Assembly (NCBI GenBank): GCA_047495785.1
Contig: JBLDXI010000015.1
Coordinates: 3,286,001 to 3,350,000, forward strand
Length of the DNA: 64,000 bases
Direction of reading: 5' to 3'
From: Lepidodermella squamata
Taxonomy: Eukaryota > Animalia > Gastrotricha
This document shows positions 18,641 to 33,031 of this stretch, piece after piece. Under the pieces are notes generated by a model that was not told the DNA's origin, did no database searches, and saw only the letters and a list, made by a program, of their open reading frames with translations. Made by a program: the position numbers and the translations under genes. Within the stretch, counting starts at the first letter, position 1; each line of letters starts with the position of its first letter.

Positions 18641-21600
18641 TTAATATAACGGGCAATAGTCATTGTCACGAGAAATCGTGCCGTTGTCGCCGTTACGGTG
18701 GAACGTCGACAGCGGCAACAGGCTGGCTGACGACGGTGGGCCGAGGTAGATGGCATCGATACAGCCCACAAAGCTGTCCGTAACTGGGGTGAAATGCGGC
18801 GCTCGTAACGTGGTCGGCAGGCCTCCAACGTACAAATGCATTTGACGCGGCGCCAAAGATTCACGACCTCGTCTGAAAAACATTGAAAATTTAATTTAAT
18901 TGAAATTCGAAATTTAAAATTAAATCTAAAAAATATGGATTAAATTTTAAAAAATAAAAAAAAATTCGAAATTTCAAAATAATTTAAGGAGGATTTTTTA
19001 ATTATATTTATTACCTTCTGCGATATAAGCGCAAGATTTGGCGCTGATGATCCGCAGCGATTTTGATGCTGTCAGGCCTGCTAGCGACGACAATTCGAAT
19101 CCAGTCTCCCGAGCATGGGTTCGAAATCGGGACATTAACCGTCTGCCGTAGCGACCCTGAACCCGGCATAGCATACAACCGGCCAGCCGATAAGAAAATC
19201 GACAAGCTATTCCGCGCGTCAGACAAATCGTGAACATAAGCCAGCAGCGCCCTGGGCGTCCTAGGCCGCACCATCAGGGTCAGGGTGAATTGGTACGGGT
19301 CCAGTACGACGTTATGGAAAAGTGAAGCAGTCGACGGCCGTTCGATCAATTCAGCGAAGAAAACGCCGTGTTCTAGGCTGTCGTAGCAAGCCGTCGTGTT
19401 GACCGGCTGCGGTTGCTGGAACAACTTTCCGTCGAGCGTGAAATCACTCAGCGTGCCAATCAACGTCTGCCGCCCGTCGATTTCCATGCGTTCAAAGCCG
19501 CGCTGTTCAATCGCCGCTTTTTCGTACATTGAATAGAAGTCCTGCGAGAAGCCGCCGAGGAACAACCAGTCAATGCCGTCAATTTTCTTGTTGTTGTAAC
19601 TCGACGGGAATTCTTGAGTGATCGGCGGGTCGAGATCGCCGGCGAAACCGTACTTATTGCCGTCGCGGAAAAACGTCAACTTATGCAACCGGCCGTCGTT
19701 GTACTTCGCCATTGAGCTATTCGTCGACAGTTCCAACATACCGGAACCGGCATCGAAGCGGAAAATTATCCGACCGTCGAGTAGGTAGGCTATCATGTAG
19801 TCCGGGACAATCGGCTTACCGTTCGCGTCTTTTCGAGTCGTGTTGCCATGCGCGTAGAAAATCAACCCGGACCGATGGACGGTTCGCATTTTTACCGAAA
19901 CACTGAACCGATCGGAAAATTTCGGTTTTCCCATAAATCGAACCGAAGCGGTTGGTTTTGCGAAGGTGTAACAGTAAGGATTTTCCGGGATTTGGGTGAC
20001 ATCTGGCAGACCAGCTTTACGGTCCAGCTGGCACCCAGAGTGCTTAGTCCGGCTGCTTTGAACCGAACAGTGGCCAAGCCGGTATTGAGTACCAGGTTCT
20101 TGCCGGAAAACTTCCGCCTTGTTGTTGATCATCAATCGACCGATACAGCCGTCAAGTGATTGGCCGTAATCGATCGATTCCGAGTAGACCCCAGCGCCGC
20201 CTAGGAAAACACTGACCGGACCTTCCAGCAACACATTTCCGTCATTTGGCAGCAATTTCTGAACCTTATCGCCCGTTTCCTTCCAAATGTCCCGATCTTC
20301 AACGTTGAGCAGTAAACTCTTGTCATTTGTATTCAGGGCGATTAGGACCGAAATCCAGTCACCCATGAGTTGGGTGACGGGTGCTGACAGCTTGACGTAA
20401 TCGTTTTCGTTATTCCGGTAGACGACTACGATTTTTCGCCGTTGTTGATCTTCGATGATCGAACATTCGAGAGTCCAGCCCTTTTCGGTACGCATGAATA
20501 GAACCAGCCCGGGTTTGACCGTTTTCAGCATGAAAGCGATGCGTTCGACATTGGCCGTGTCGAATTTGTAGAACGAGGTCGGGCGGCCGGAGAAGGAGAC
20601 CAGCCAGCTTTCGGTCTCGCCACTCGGGCACGTTTCATAGCCGAATTTCGCGCCGTAAGATCGGTGGTTGTAAGGCTTGAATGCGATGACTTCCTCGGAT
20701 TCCAGAGCGAGGTAGAACTCTTCTTTAGCCTCTTTCGGCGCGAGAAGCGACACTTTCCCAATGCAGCCGATGAGTTTGGGTTCGACGGCTCGGTTTTCGT
20801 TGAGATAAACGCGTCGGATCAGCTTTTCGGCGATGGTTTCAGGTACACCGCCCAGGTACAAGGTATCGACATTCAGCGTATGGGATGAGTCGGTTTGAGG
20901 GTAGTTCATCCGCTGAATTTCAGGGCAATCCAACGCATACAAAGAACTGACCGTATTGCTCACCTAAAAATTCGCGAAACAAAATTAAATTGAAAATTGA
21001 AAAATCCACCCTAATAATTAAAAAATCTGTAAAAGACATAATTGAGGGTCTCGTTTAAAATTTAAGCGTCAGGGCAAAAGAAATTTCCGATTTCCTTAAT
21101 TCACCCTGATATTCTTTATTTTAGCTACCAGATGGGTAGGAAAATGTTCAATTCTGATTTATAAGACTTCTAATAACGGGAAAATCACTGATTTGTAAAA
21201 TCGATACTAGGAATCGATATTGGAATCGATTATCGGAAATAGGGAAAAAAAATCACATTTTGTGAAATCTCGTGCTGAAACCCTAAATTTAGGGTGACCA
21301 CTTGGCCCACTTCGAAAAATTCCTATTCTTCGGGAATCCCAAGTTATTTTTTTCTAATTTTCCAATTTTTCCCTATTTTTTTAATTTTTCAAATCCAAAA
21401 ATTTCAAAATAATATTGAAATTGAAAAGGTCAACTCACTTCAACCAGGACTCTATGAGGATAGCCATCGTTGAATTTCTTGCCCTCGCAATTTTCATTCA
21501 GCGTGATAACTTGCTTATAGAAATCGAACTGAAGTCGCAGGGCGCCGTCGCGAAGGTCAAGCGCCACAAAATCGTTCTTATCATCCGAAGCCATGAAGGC

Positions 21601-24600
21601 CAGCAACGCGTTGGGTTGATGCGTTGAAAATTCAATGGCAAACGATATGACTTGAAATTCAGTTCTATTGATCTTATTCGCGGCGAGCGGGAGAGAAACA
21701 AAGCTCAAATCTCCAGATAACAACGCCATATTGTATTCATCAGTTCGAGACCTGTTAAAGTCAAAATTAAAATCAGGAAATATTCAAAAATTTCCAGACT
21801 TACATTCCATTGGCCAGATTTAGGTTGGTGAAATTAGCCAAATTGAATAGAGCAGTAGGCTTGGTGGAATACAGGTCCAAATGCTGGTACAGACCAGTCG
21901 AAGCCGATCGAGTGATACCTTGAGGACCGGCGAAATCTTTCGGCAGCCCGCCGACAAACATTCGCGGCATTTTCGGTCTGAAGAAGAAATTCGAGTCCGG
22001 CAAGTAGGCTCGGAACATGCCAACCGCCGTTTCCTCCTTGCCACGGCCCGAATGTCTCGCGCCAACCGTTAAATTCAACTGCTGAGCTGACCGACGAATC
22101 GATAAACGGTGCATAAGGCCAGGGGTGTTACAGGCCTTGGAAAAGGCGTGATTCAGCTCGACTGAACCTTCCATACGGCTGTTCATGCCGAGATTCAAGG
22201 TAGCCCAGTATTTGAAGCGGCCCGGTTCCGGTCGGCTGAGTTCCAGGGCCAAGAAATCAGCTTCATTCGTCGCATCACCCGCCAGACCAGTGAAATCAGG
22301 GCCAAGGTAGAAAACCAGCGATTTTCCAGCCATATCAGTATCAGGCATTTCGCAGGGTAGGTGCTGCAAATCGACAGATAAATCAACACCCATAGCCGCG
22401 ATAGTTTCGTGGTCCAGCGCGATTTCAGCCGATGACGTCGAGCTGTTCAACAAAATCGCCGGGCGAATGTCGATTAGCTGAGCTGTAGCTTCCTTACTGC
22501 GGCCGATGAGGGACCATAAGCTTTCAGTTAATTCGCCGATTTCAGAATTCAACATCCGCAACTCCTGTTCGACCTTCTTCAAACTCTCCCAGTTATCGTT
22601 GATCTGCTCGAATGAGGACTTGGCCCGATTCGCGTCGTTACCAGCCAACCGGAAATTCCGCTCAGCCTCTGGGTCTTTACCCTGAAGATTCGCGATAATT
22701 TGAGTCGCCTCCATGTCCCGCTGCTTCGCATCGGTTTGAATCGAGTCGAAAGCCGCATTCAACGCAGCGGTTCGATCGGCAAGGTCGTCCAGGCCAATGA
22801 CTAGATTCATCTCCTTAACCATGCCGAGAATCGTCCCCGTCTGCTCGATTTTCGCCTCAATATCAGCCGCTCGTTTCTGCTCACTGGCCAGTGTGGCATT
22901 TATCGCTTTTTCATCCGATTCAACGCCGTTTTTCTCGCGTTGCAGCCGGTCGGTTTTCGTGCCGATTGACGCCGCTCGATCTCTGAAGCGGTTCAAATCG
23001 ATCCGCGAAACATTTTCCGCGACTTTTTGAATCATCGCCACAGTTTTGTCTAAAGTCAACCCGGCTGATGTCAACATTTCAGCGATTTTATCGTAACTTG
23101 TAGCCACCTTAATCGCCTGGCTCTGACTCTCGGACGGGTTGAATAGCTGCTGCTCAATCGCCTTGACGCGATCCTCCATTTGCTGGACGCGTTTCGTCTG
23201 CTGGGGAACGACGTTATCCTTGTACTTTTGAATCTCAGTCTGCCAATTCGCGACAAATTCAGCCATTTGCGCCTCGAGTAGGCTGCACTGCGATGACATG
23301 TCTTCAAATAACGCTGGCCCATGAGCTGATTCGCACTGCTCAAGCGACGCGTTCAAAGCACTCATATCGCGATTGTAATCGGCTAAATATCGCAGAGCAG
23401 TTTGTTCCTGGTCAGAAATTCGCGAAATTTTCTCCTTAGCCGCGTTTAACTCAACAGCCCCGTTCGATAAATTCGTCCTTAGATCTTCAGCCATTTTCAG
23501 CAGATGCGCGACATCTTTATCCAAATCATCCAGCTTTTTCGGCAGGGTCGTCTTCAATTTCGCCTGAATTTCATCGAGCCGTTTTTGGGTTGCGTTGAAG
23601 TTTTGATGCAGCGATGTTACTGTATCGTACAATTTATTCGTCTCCTTCAATTCAGTCTCCCAAGATTCGACCTCCATTTTACTGCCATTCAACGCACGCT
23701 CCATTTCTTGAATCTTACTCTGAGCCGCCTCGAGAACGTCTCGCCAGTTGAATTGAACAGGATCGCTTAGGCTTTTGATATAACGATTGATCAATTCGTC
23801 GAGAGATTTCAGCTCTTTCTCGAGATCGGCAATCGAATTCGTGATATTTTTGAATTTCGACGAGACGAGTTTCGATGAGCCGTTGAATTTATCGCCATTC
23901 GCCTTAACCTCCAACATTCGTCGCTGGAAATCGGCTAGATAGCCCTGGATTGTCTGCAGCGATCGCGTCAATTCACTCATCTGCTCATTCGCGTGAGATT
24001 CAATGTCCTGAGGCGATGAAGCCGCTAGGCTGTTGGTCACATTAGCCAACCGATTTTTCAGGTCGTTCAACCGATTTCGAGCTTCGACGGAGGCGGATAG
24101 CTGCTGTAAGCTATTAAAAGCCTCGGAGGCCTTTCGCTCTTCCTCATAGACATCACCAGCTAGTTGCCGGACGCATTCGTCACAGGCGTGGCAACCAATG
24201 CCTTCAATCGGCAGCCAACCAGGCGCGCAGGACTCGCAACGAGAGCCCATGTAGCCTTCTTTGCAAAGACATTTTCCTGTCATTTTATCACAGGTGAAAG
24301 AGCCGTTTCGACCGCATTCGCAGGACGTGCAGCCTTCGGCGGTGTATTGCCAATAGCCGTCAGCGCATTCGTCGCATTTTCGGCCTTTAACGCTGCTTGA
24401 AACGCAGGGGCATTGGCCGTTGTCCGGGTCGCAGGTCGCCGATTTCGAGGCGGCGCCGCATTCGCAAGCCTTGCAGCCCTCGCACGATTTGAAGCCGTAG
24501 TAGTTGGGCAGACATGAGTCGCAACGGCGGGATGTGACGTTTTCGCGGCATTTGCATTGGCCGGTAACGCCGTCGCAGCTTGACGCGCCGCATTTGTCGC

Positions 24601-27600
24601 ATTCGCAGGCGACGCAGCGGCGTTCGGTCGCTGAGCCGTAGAACCAATCGCGGCATTGGGAGCACGATTCGCCGGCGGTGTCGAATAAACAGGTCAGGCA
24701 GATGCCAGTTTGCCGGTCGCAGGCGCCCGGGTCGGTCATATTGATGTTCGAATTGCAGATGCACGGCTCGCACAGCTTGCCTGAGCTCGGGTCGCCAAAA
24801 TGACCAGGGGCGCATCTGTAAGCAAGATCAGAAATTTTGAAAAAATTGGAATTTTTATAGGTTTTTGGGAAAATAGGTTATTTTGGGAAGAAAAGTTTAG
24901 AATTCAAAAATTATCTTCAAAATCATATTATTACAATTCCGGTCGCGATGTCAAAAAATGTCAATCCGAATTCGAAAATTAATGCATAATTTCAACATTT
25001 TTGGCATTCATCACAGTAGAAATTAAATGAAAAATTGTATAAATTGTTAAAACCCTATAATTTGTATTTCAAGTGACCGTAAATAACAAACTTTTTCCCA
25101 AATAATTGGCCAATAATTTCACCTATGACGAGATTTTCATTTCGAGTTGAGGCTGATCGAATCATTTTATTCGATGCCAGAAATCTGAACCTTGCATACC
25201 TACAGGAAAAACTGGCTCCAGGCATGGTGAGGCCAGTTGAGATTTGCTAAAATATTCAGAAAACCAGCCTATTTTCAGGTTTCAGACTGCCTAATAACTA
25301 ACCCGAATAGCTTGCTCAATTTAAATCATTGAAATTGAATAAATTGGTTCCGAGTTCCGAGAAAGGTTCCAAGTAGATGACTCAGTAGATGGCAACTCGT
25401 GTTTTATTTTCCTCGACCGCCCACCGTAAGTTTCAACCTTGAATCATTTTTAAATTTTTCAAATTTTTCAAAATTAGCCGTCCCCAACTTTTCACTCGTC
25501 CCACAACACATGCAGTCTACTTATTTTTATCATAATGTGAAGTAATTTTCTAACTTACTGTTGACAATGAGTGCCAGAAAATCCAGGTTTGCAATCGCAT
25601 AGGACAACACGACCTCGGTTATCGACCGTGCAATTGTTGGCATACGACGTCTCGAGCGAGTTACCCGGGCAGCGGCACAACTGGCAAGTATCCGACTTGG
25701 AGTCGTAGTAATGCCCAGCCAAACACCGCTCACAGCGAGACCCATCAAAATTACCGGCGCACTCCTTGCATTCGCCAGTTTCACGATCGCACTTCTGCGA
25801 CCGGCCGCCGCAGTCGCAGGGCACGCACTCAAATCCGCCGTTGACAAGGGGCTTCCGGGTATAGCCATCAGCGCATTGCTCGCAGGATGTGCCGGAATAG
25901 CCAGGCGGGCAGCTGCAGATCTCAACGGATAACGCCTGTTGCTCGGGCGCTACTTCTTCCGGCATTTCAGTCGCAACGTCCAGGTACACGTCCTTCAAGG
26001 TGGCTGACTGCGGCTGGTTGTTGTAAGACGCGCGAATCAACACAGCCTTCAAAGAAATCAGAACTTCCATAAAATCGTCACGTGACGTCAGCGACCCAGA
26101 AACAACGCCCTGACCTCCGATTCTACGGAACGATCGCTCAGTCATCGCGACAGACAGTGGGACAGCCCGGCCATTTGCGGTGGCAAACGGGTTTTCGGTG
26201 AAAGTGAACCCGATAGCGATAGGCGGCGTGAATCGGCCGCCGATCAGAATCAAATCAGGCACAATCGCGCCGTTTGTCGACGTTCCCTGCGGCTCGGGTG
26301 ACACGCTGATCGTCCACCTTAAATTACCGCCATATGTCATGACTTTGTTGTTAAGGTAGCTGGACGGTGCGACGAAATAGTGAACGCTTGGGTCGATGTT
26401 ATCCGGCCGAAGCAGGAAATCGATGTGGGAAACAGAGGCAGGGTAGAAAAACGTGCGAATCTGTTGGTCACCCTGGGGTGTGAACTCTACGCTGGCCGGT
26501 GGGGTTGTCCGCCAGCCGGTCATATCGACGAATGGCTGCCAGGCTAGTTGTTGACTAGACCGGCAAAGCCTGGCCTGGTTCGAGCAGTAGCACTTCGTAC
26601 AGCCCTGTGGGTTCAAAGCGTCCAGGTGGTAGTGATTCGGCTTGCAAGCGTCGCATCGAGCTGAGGTGGGGTCGATGTTGGGTTTGCAGCGGCACTGGCC
26701 GGTTTCGCCATGGCAAATGCCGTCGAGGGTGCCGCGTTTATCGCAATCGCACTCGGTACAGTCGGGGAATGAGTAGAAACCAGCCCGGCAGCGGTCGCAT
26801 CGGCGGGATTCGATGTTTTCGCGACACGAGCAGTCACCAGTTTGAGGGTCACAAGCATCGACCCGGCCATCGATAACACCTCGTTTGTCGCAATTACAGC
26901 TCTGGCATCCTATAGAATAAATTTAAATTTTTTGAAATTTGATTAAAATCTTCATTTAAATTAGAAAAAATATTAGACGTAAATTGAAAATAAAATCGAT
27001 TAAAATTTCATTTTTAATTGAAATATTTAATTATTAGAAAAATCAAAATAACATGGCTAGTATGTCCCACAATATTTTATTTGGAATTCTTTTGGTAATT
27101 TGATTCAATTACTAGAACCTCCTTACTAGTAATGATATATTTGAGAACAATAAAAATTTATAGTTTCAAAAGCGAACTTCAAGGTCGATTGATCAATTCA
27201 TCAATTGAATTTCTAAAAAAAATTATAATAATTCACCTTGAATTCTGTTGTAGCCCCAAGCACCAGGTTCGCATCGATCGCACTTCTCGCCGCCAACATT
27301 AGGCGGGCAAATGCAGTTACCAGTCTCGGTATCACATGTGCCCTGGTCGCAATTGCACCGCTGGCAGTTCGGGAAACCGTAATAACCCGGTCGACAGGCC
27401 GAACATTGCCGGCCAATCACGTTCTCCTTACAATAGCACTGGCCGCCCAACGGAGCGCATTGACGGCCCCGGCGAGATACCAAAGTCTCATCCAAACCAC
27501 TCGACTCGCAATCACACGATAAACCACCCTGGTTGTAAGCAGTTGTCAGGGTGAATAGTAATTGCTGGCATAACGGGTCGCTTTCTTTCGATTCCTCCAT

Positions 27601-30600
27601 AAAGTAACCCTTCGACGTGCATTGGGTGTAGAAACGGGACGATAAGTCGAGTTGTTGCACCTCGAAACCAGATTTCCCACCGTCTGATTTACGAACAGGG
27701 ATTATCAGCAGGCGATTAAGGTGGGATGGGCCGATGCTAGGGCTAGTCAAGAAGTCGACACTAACCACGCCAACGGGTAGCAAAACACTCGATTCTTGGC
27801 CCTGGCTGGTCGGGAAGGTGATTTCAGCGAAACAGCCGGCGTTATTCGGGCAGAATGGCAGGGTCAACGAGCCGATTTGCCGGTAAGACGACCCTCGATC
27901 GCTGTTAATCGTAACTCCATTGAGTGTTAAATCGCTTATTTGCGGCTGGAAATAGTGAACGAACAAGGTGTACCGGCCTTCCACCGTCACGTTAGCTGAT
28001 AAATAGAATGCCAGCGATGAAAGCGGGCCTGATGGTTGGATGTTCGATTGACCAACTGAAACGACTTTCGGTTTTGTTGGGATGTTCTCCAGCGTTTCAA
28101 CATAGGCGGCGGCAGTTGGAGCAGTGGCGAAATTCGAGACGACAGATCCAGCGGGAGGGTCTGGGTAGTTTTCCGCCGTGCATTTTCCATTTACGACCAG
28201 ACAGGCTGATTCAGGCCGTAGTTGCGAAATATGCCACGAGTCAGCTGGGACCAGGGTTACCGATTTAATAGCAACAGCCCGAGGCCCGCCCTGACGAAGA
28301 TCGAAGGTTATCGGAACACAGCCGTCTGAAGTCGGCAGTGGGGAAAGGGTGAAAAATGAGGGCAAATTGCCAGATTCTTCCTTCACGACCTGTCGGCAGA
28401 AAAAGCGGCAATGGTGTAGCCGTAAGGTGCCGAAAGTCTTCCCGGAGCGACCCGAACCAACACTGACGTCGAATTCGGCTTGAGGTACCGAAGAGTCGAG
28501 GTTAGAAACAGCGGAATAGTCGATTAGAATGACGTATTTCCCGGACGCGCTTGGCGGCCGGATCAAATATGTCATCGGTGTCCCGAGCTGAAAACAATAA
28601 AATTTAATTTAAGAATAAATTTAAGAAGTTTAAATTAAATTAAAATTTTCAAGCAGGCTGTTGTCAAGCATCAATCTCTACGGAAAAAAATTGTCATTTT
28701 TTTGAATGATTTAAGGAGGAATTTTCTGTTTTGAAGCTTAGCTACTAAAATGTCCTAAGTCTTACCGTTGCATGAGGCAAATCCGCGGGCAAAGTTAGCC
28801 CAGTGAAAGGCTCCGAGAAAACCGGCTTTGCTACCCCCGCTGCGATGGGAGATCTTGCGCATTCGTTCGGAGCAATTGATTCGACCGAGCCGATTGGCGG
28901 CGATGGGTATGTGTACCAGCGGCAGAAGGACGACTCGAAGGCGGTATCAAAAGTGCACGCATCATTGACTCGTTGGCGAAGAACAACACCCTCGCGATAC
29001 TCGCTAGGCAGTAAAATTGCGTAGTCGACAAACAGATTCGCCTGGGGGAGTCGTCGCAAGTCGTTTTTGAGATCAAGAACCAGGGTCATGTCAACAGGCG
29101 CGCCACCTGAGGCAGGAGAGGAGAGCTCAAACGGGCCCTTCGTATCAGTGAACATCTGCCTGGTTGAAGCTGCCGATGATTTGAAGGTTATCGGCAACGT
29201 TTGTTCAGTTCCGACATTTTCCGAACTTTCCGAGCCAGGCGATGGCCGGAAGCGAATGGTACCAGTCAAATCTTGATCAGTTGGGTTGACGTAAGAGAAT
29301 ATTACGTAATGGGTCGTGTTTGACCGGGCGGTGACTTCGAACGGTAAATCGATCATTACCTCGTTTTGCATGATCGACATGACGGCGTAACCCTTCCAAG
29401 AATACCCGGAAAACAGCGACTCGTCGTCCAAATACCGAGCATCGTGGCGTTGGTTGCCTTCTAGCTGATAGCCATCCTCCATTTCGAAGCGATGTTGATG
29501 TAGGGTTGGGTAGAAATGGGTCGAATCAGGTTCGTTACATTTCTGGCCCTGGATACCGGGTAGACACTCGCATTGACCACTCTCCTTATTGCAGGGGGTT
29601 GACATTCGAGAGCCGCCCCGATCGCAGTCGCATGGCGAGCAGCCAAACGGGTTTCGGCCATCGAGTCGGTAGAAACCGTCAGAACAAGATGCGCAGCTGC
29701 GAGATGACGTCCAACGTCTGCATGGGCATTGACCCGTCGCGTTTTGGCACAGCGACAATTCACCCAGGGTGCCTGAAATTTCACACGCGCAACTCTCGCA
29801 GCCATCCGGGTTACCGCCGTTTAAATTCCAGTAGCCACTACGACAGCGAGCGCATATTCTGCCTTCGACGTTTGTTTTGCATTTACAAAGCATAGCGCGG
29901 TCGTTCGGGGTCAGGGCGCCGCAGCCACCGGGTGGAAGTCCCGCGACTTGGATAGCGCCAGCCGGGTCGCAATTGCACGCCTCACATTCGGGAAAATTGT
30001 ACAAATCCGGGGTGCATTTATCGCAAAGACGGCCAGTAATAGTAGGACGGCAGTTGCATTGACCGGTTTTGACATCGCAGTCGTCAGCACTATTAGAGAC
30101 CGTTCCCTCGGCTGAGCAATTGCACGGCTGACATTCAGGGTAGGCGAAGAAGCCTCGAAGACAAGATTCACACGCCAGGCCAGAAAAACCGGTTTTACAG
30201 TAGCATTGACCGTTCTCCATGCAAATGTTGGGGTAATCGGGGCTAACACCGGCTCCGGAACATTGGCAAGGATCGCAAACACCTCGGTTGTAATAACCGG
30301 GTAAACACGCCTCGCAAGCCGGACCGGTGAATCGCTCTTTGCAGTAACATTCCCCAGTTTCGACCGAACATATCGATGAATTCACGCCATATCGTTCGCA
30401 GTTGCATTCTGAGGAATAATTCAATAATATTCAGAAATGCTATTGTAGCTTCAACTTACTTGTACATTCCGGGAAGTTATAATACCCAACATCGCATTTA
30501 TCACAACGAATGCCTCCAAAGCCAGGCTTGCATTTGCATTGACCAGTTTGACGATCGCAGAAGCTGTCTGGTTCAGTTCCAGTGTCTTCACAATCGCATT

Positions 30601-32358
30601 TAATGCACTCTTCCTGGTTGCCGGCCGTTCCTCGAGACGTCGAGTTGTAGTAACCGTCCGAACACATGTTACATTTTCCGCCAGTGTAATGCTCTCGACA
30701 CGTGCATCGACCATCAGCGGCGTCGCACTGAGCTCCAACGGAACCTTTGATGTAGCAATAGCAAGGTACGCAGTTCGGCCAATCGCCCATATGGTCGGCT
30801 GAGCATTGAGTGCAATCTTGTCCAGTGAATGCTGGAAGACACTCGCAAGTACCATCTTGATCACTGCAGCGGTCACTTGACAACTGAACGCCAGTTTCGT
30901 CATCATATAATGGACAATTGCATCGAACGCATGCATTCGGATCGTTGAGAGCGACACCCTTCGGGTGGTAATACCCGCTAACACAATTTTCGCATGTCGG
31001 GCCAGTCGTAAAATCCTGGAAACAAGTGGAAACAAGTAGATGGAAACAAGTAGAGAAGTAGTAGTTGAAACGAAATTCAAGTAGAATTTAGCTTGAGCTT
31101 ACCGTGCAATTGTAGCAAACAGGCTTATCGGCTACCTCGTTGTATTCGCACTCGTTGCTATGGCCGTTGCATTGGCAAGCTGAAAATCATATTTTAGGAT
31201 GCAAGAATTCAATCAAGATTAAGACTCACGTTCGCAAGCATTTTCCGAAGTTGTAGTGGCCGGACGCCATTTTCGGTTCCAAAATCCTGGACAACATGTT
31301 TCGCATTGATGACCACAGGTGTTGTGCTGACAGCGACAACGAAGCTTAGTCGGTTCGTTGGGCACGGTCTCATTACAAACACTCGCATGACCGTTGCAAA
31401 CGCAACGACCCCCTATGCTGATATCCTTGATACTGTAGTAGTACTGAAAAAAACAGCAATTATAACCCGTAATTATTACTTGAAGGAAAACTAACTCTTC
31501 GCAAAATCGTAGGGTCGTGACTTTGACTCATCAGTTGGCCATACAGAGTTTTTGCTCGCAAGAGTCGAAGCCGAATATTAGTCGCTTTAGTGAACTCTTG
31601 GAGTCTCTCCGAGAATGCGAACTCGTGGCTGCTAGGTCGATCATTTACAAGTGACACGACAATCTCTCCCTCTTCCAAAGGAATCAAGTTCGAGAATCGT
31701 GTAACGCACAGTACCTATTAGGAGAAAAATATGAGTATCGCTGGTAGAACAAATTAAACAATCCTACCTGCTCATCAAAATATGGAGTGATTTCAGCCGG
31801 GGTGTTAAACATTTCGCGGCATTGGCGATCTGATTCAGCAAAGTATTGCCATGGGTAGTAAGATTTTCCGCCATCAACTGATCTTTCCAAGACCCAAATA
31901 GCAGGGCGAGGCGATGTGGCCATTCTGATGTAAACGTATGCCACGTGATACTCCTGCCCAAGGTCGATGGTTATGTTAACCTTGTTGTACTCATCGCCTC
32001 TAGAGAGTGGCGGTGACTGCCACCATCTTCCTGTGCCATCAATCGCTTGCTGAATCGGATGTGACTTCTCTGGGACGTCGCTTTTGCAGTAATCGCATAA
32101 CTGTCCCCCGCGGATGAACGAGCCAGCCTGCCATAATAACACATCTTGCGGGCCGCCCTCTTGATCCGTGAACGGATTGGCTCCAGTCGTTTTACAATAA
32201 GTTTCATTGATGGGCCTGCCGTTATCTTCTCCGCACGTAGCCGTAGCTGTTATATTCTTTCCTTCCGCCAGATTAAAATACGGCGGAGAAAGGAAAACGT
32301 TTTGTTGCGACAAATGACAACAAGCTGAAAGTACCAATACTCTCAGCAATAATGTCAT
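18641..32358 (-). CDS. LanA: Laminin subunit alpha, alpha-3/5 (LanA/EPI-1) type, ~3835 aa, 12 exons
   Basis: Signal peptide, LN domain ([26 protein letters not shown]), many LE repeats, two L4-type inserts, coiled coil, LG domains. Exons 32358-31768, 31714-31496, 31443-31230, 31179-31103, 31015-30460, 30408-28766, 28587-27237, 26909-25559, 24815-21804, 21751-21439, 20963-19015, 18872-18641 keep frame. Confidence 0.96.
21075..21312. repeat. Dispersed repeat in laminin intron 10, same family as 13197-13510
   Basis: Reverse-complement similarity to the ZF-D intron 4 insert. Confidence 0.75.
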
Positions 32359-32359
32359 T

Positions 32360-32730
32360 GCTTACTGTTTTCTGCCAGCAAACTTCAACAAAGCATAACA
32401 ATATGAATCAATAGAAAATAGCAGCGCCAATAAAAACGTTGAAAGAATCACGATCAAGTTTGGTGTTTGGTGAAGCGGTACTTGGATCTCAACAACTGGA
32501 TTTTGACGATAAGCCAAAATCCGCATCCATTTTTTCGAATTACCCGCCTAAAAATAAGAATTATTGTAAAATTTATAATTAATGTAAATCAATTATTTCG
32601 GGAGATTATGTGTTGTTTATATTTCAAAACATAATTAATCATAGTTTCAGCGGCCGCCCCGAATGCAGTCTGAGAAGGGCCGGAACTCAGCTCGTTGAAG
32701 TACCCGGCCAACGCGTGTTGTGGGCCAAAG
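32360..32730. promoter_or_regulatory. Divergent promoter region between laminin and MGAT1
   Basis: Start codons are 673 bp apart, head-to-head. A GC-richer patch at 32645-32730 ends in a donor (AG|GTAAGA), suggesting a non-coding first exon of MGAT1. Confidence 0.5.
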
Positions 32731-33031
32731 GTAAGAGCTCAAGCCGGTAGATGGTGTGATTAAAGCAGTTACCTGTTCGTTCTCGTTTACCTCTTTAAAA
32801 ATTACAGTTTTATTATGTTTATCCTCTTCAAAATTAAACTTTCTATTTCATCGTGCCACATTCATGCTTTTATCCCATCTTTTTCTTATTTCTTACATAT
32901 CAAAGAGTTGGTTTTTCATGCTTCCATTACTGATTAGTCATTCTTGCTCATTTTACTCGTACCCTGAATCTTTCTCATTTGGACATTTGTTTGCAACTTG
33001 CCACTAGTTATTCTAAATTATACTGACACGG

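Noticed and set aside
18998-32328. Many antisense and alternate-frame ORFs over laminin
   Set aside because: Shadow ORFs of a GC-richer coding sequence with no independent motifs.
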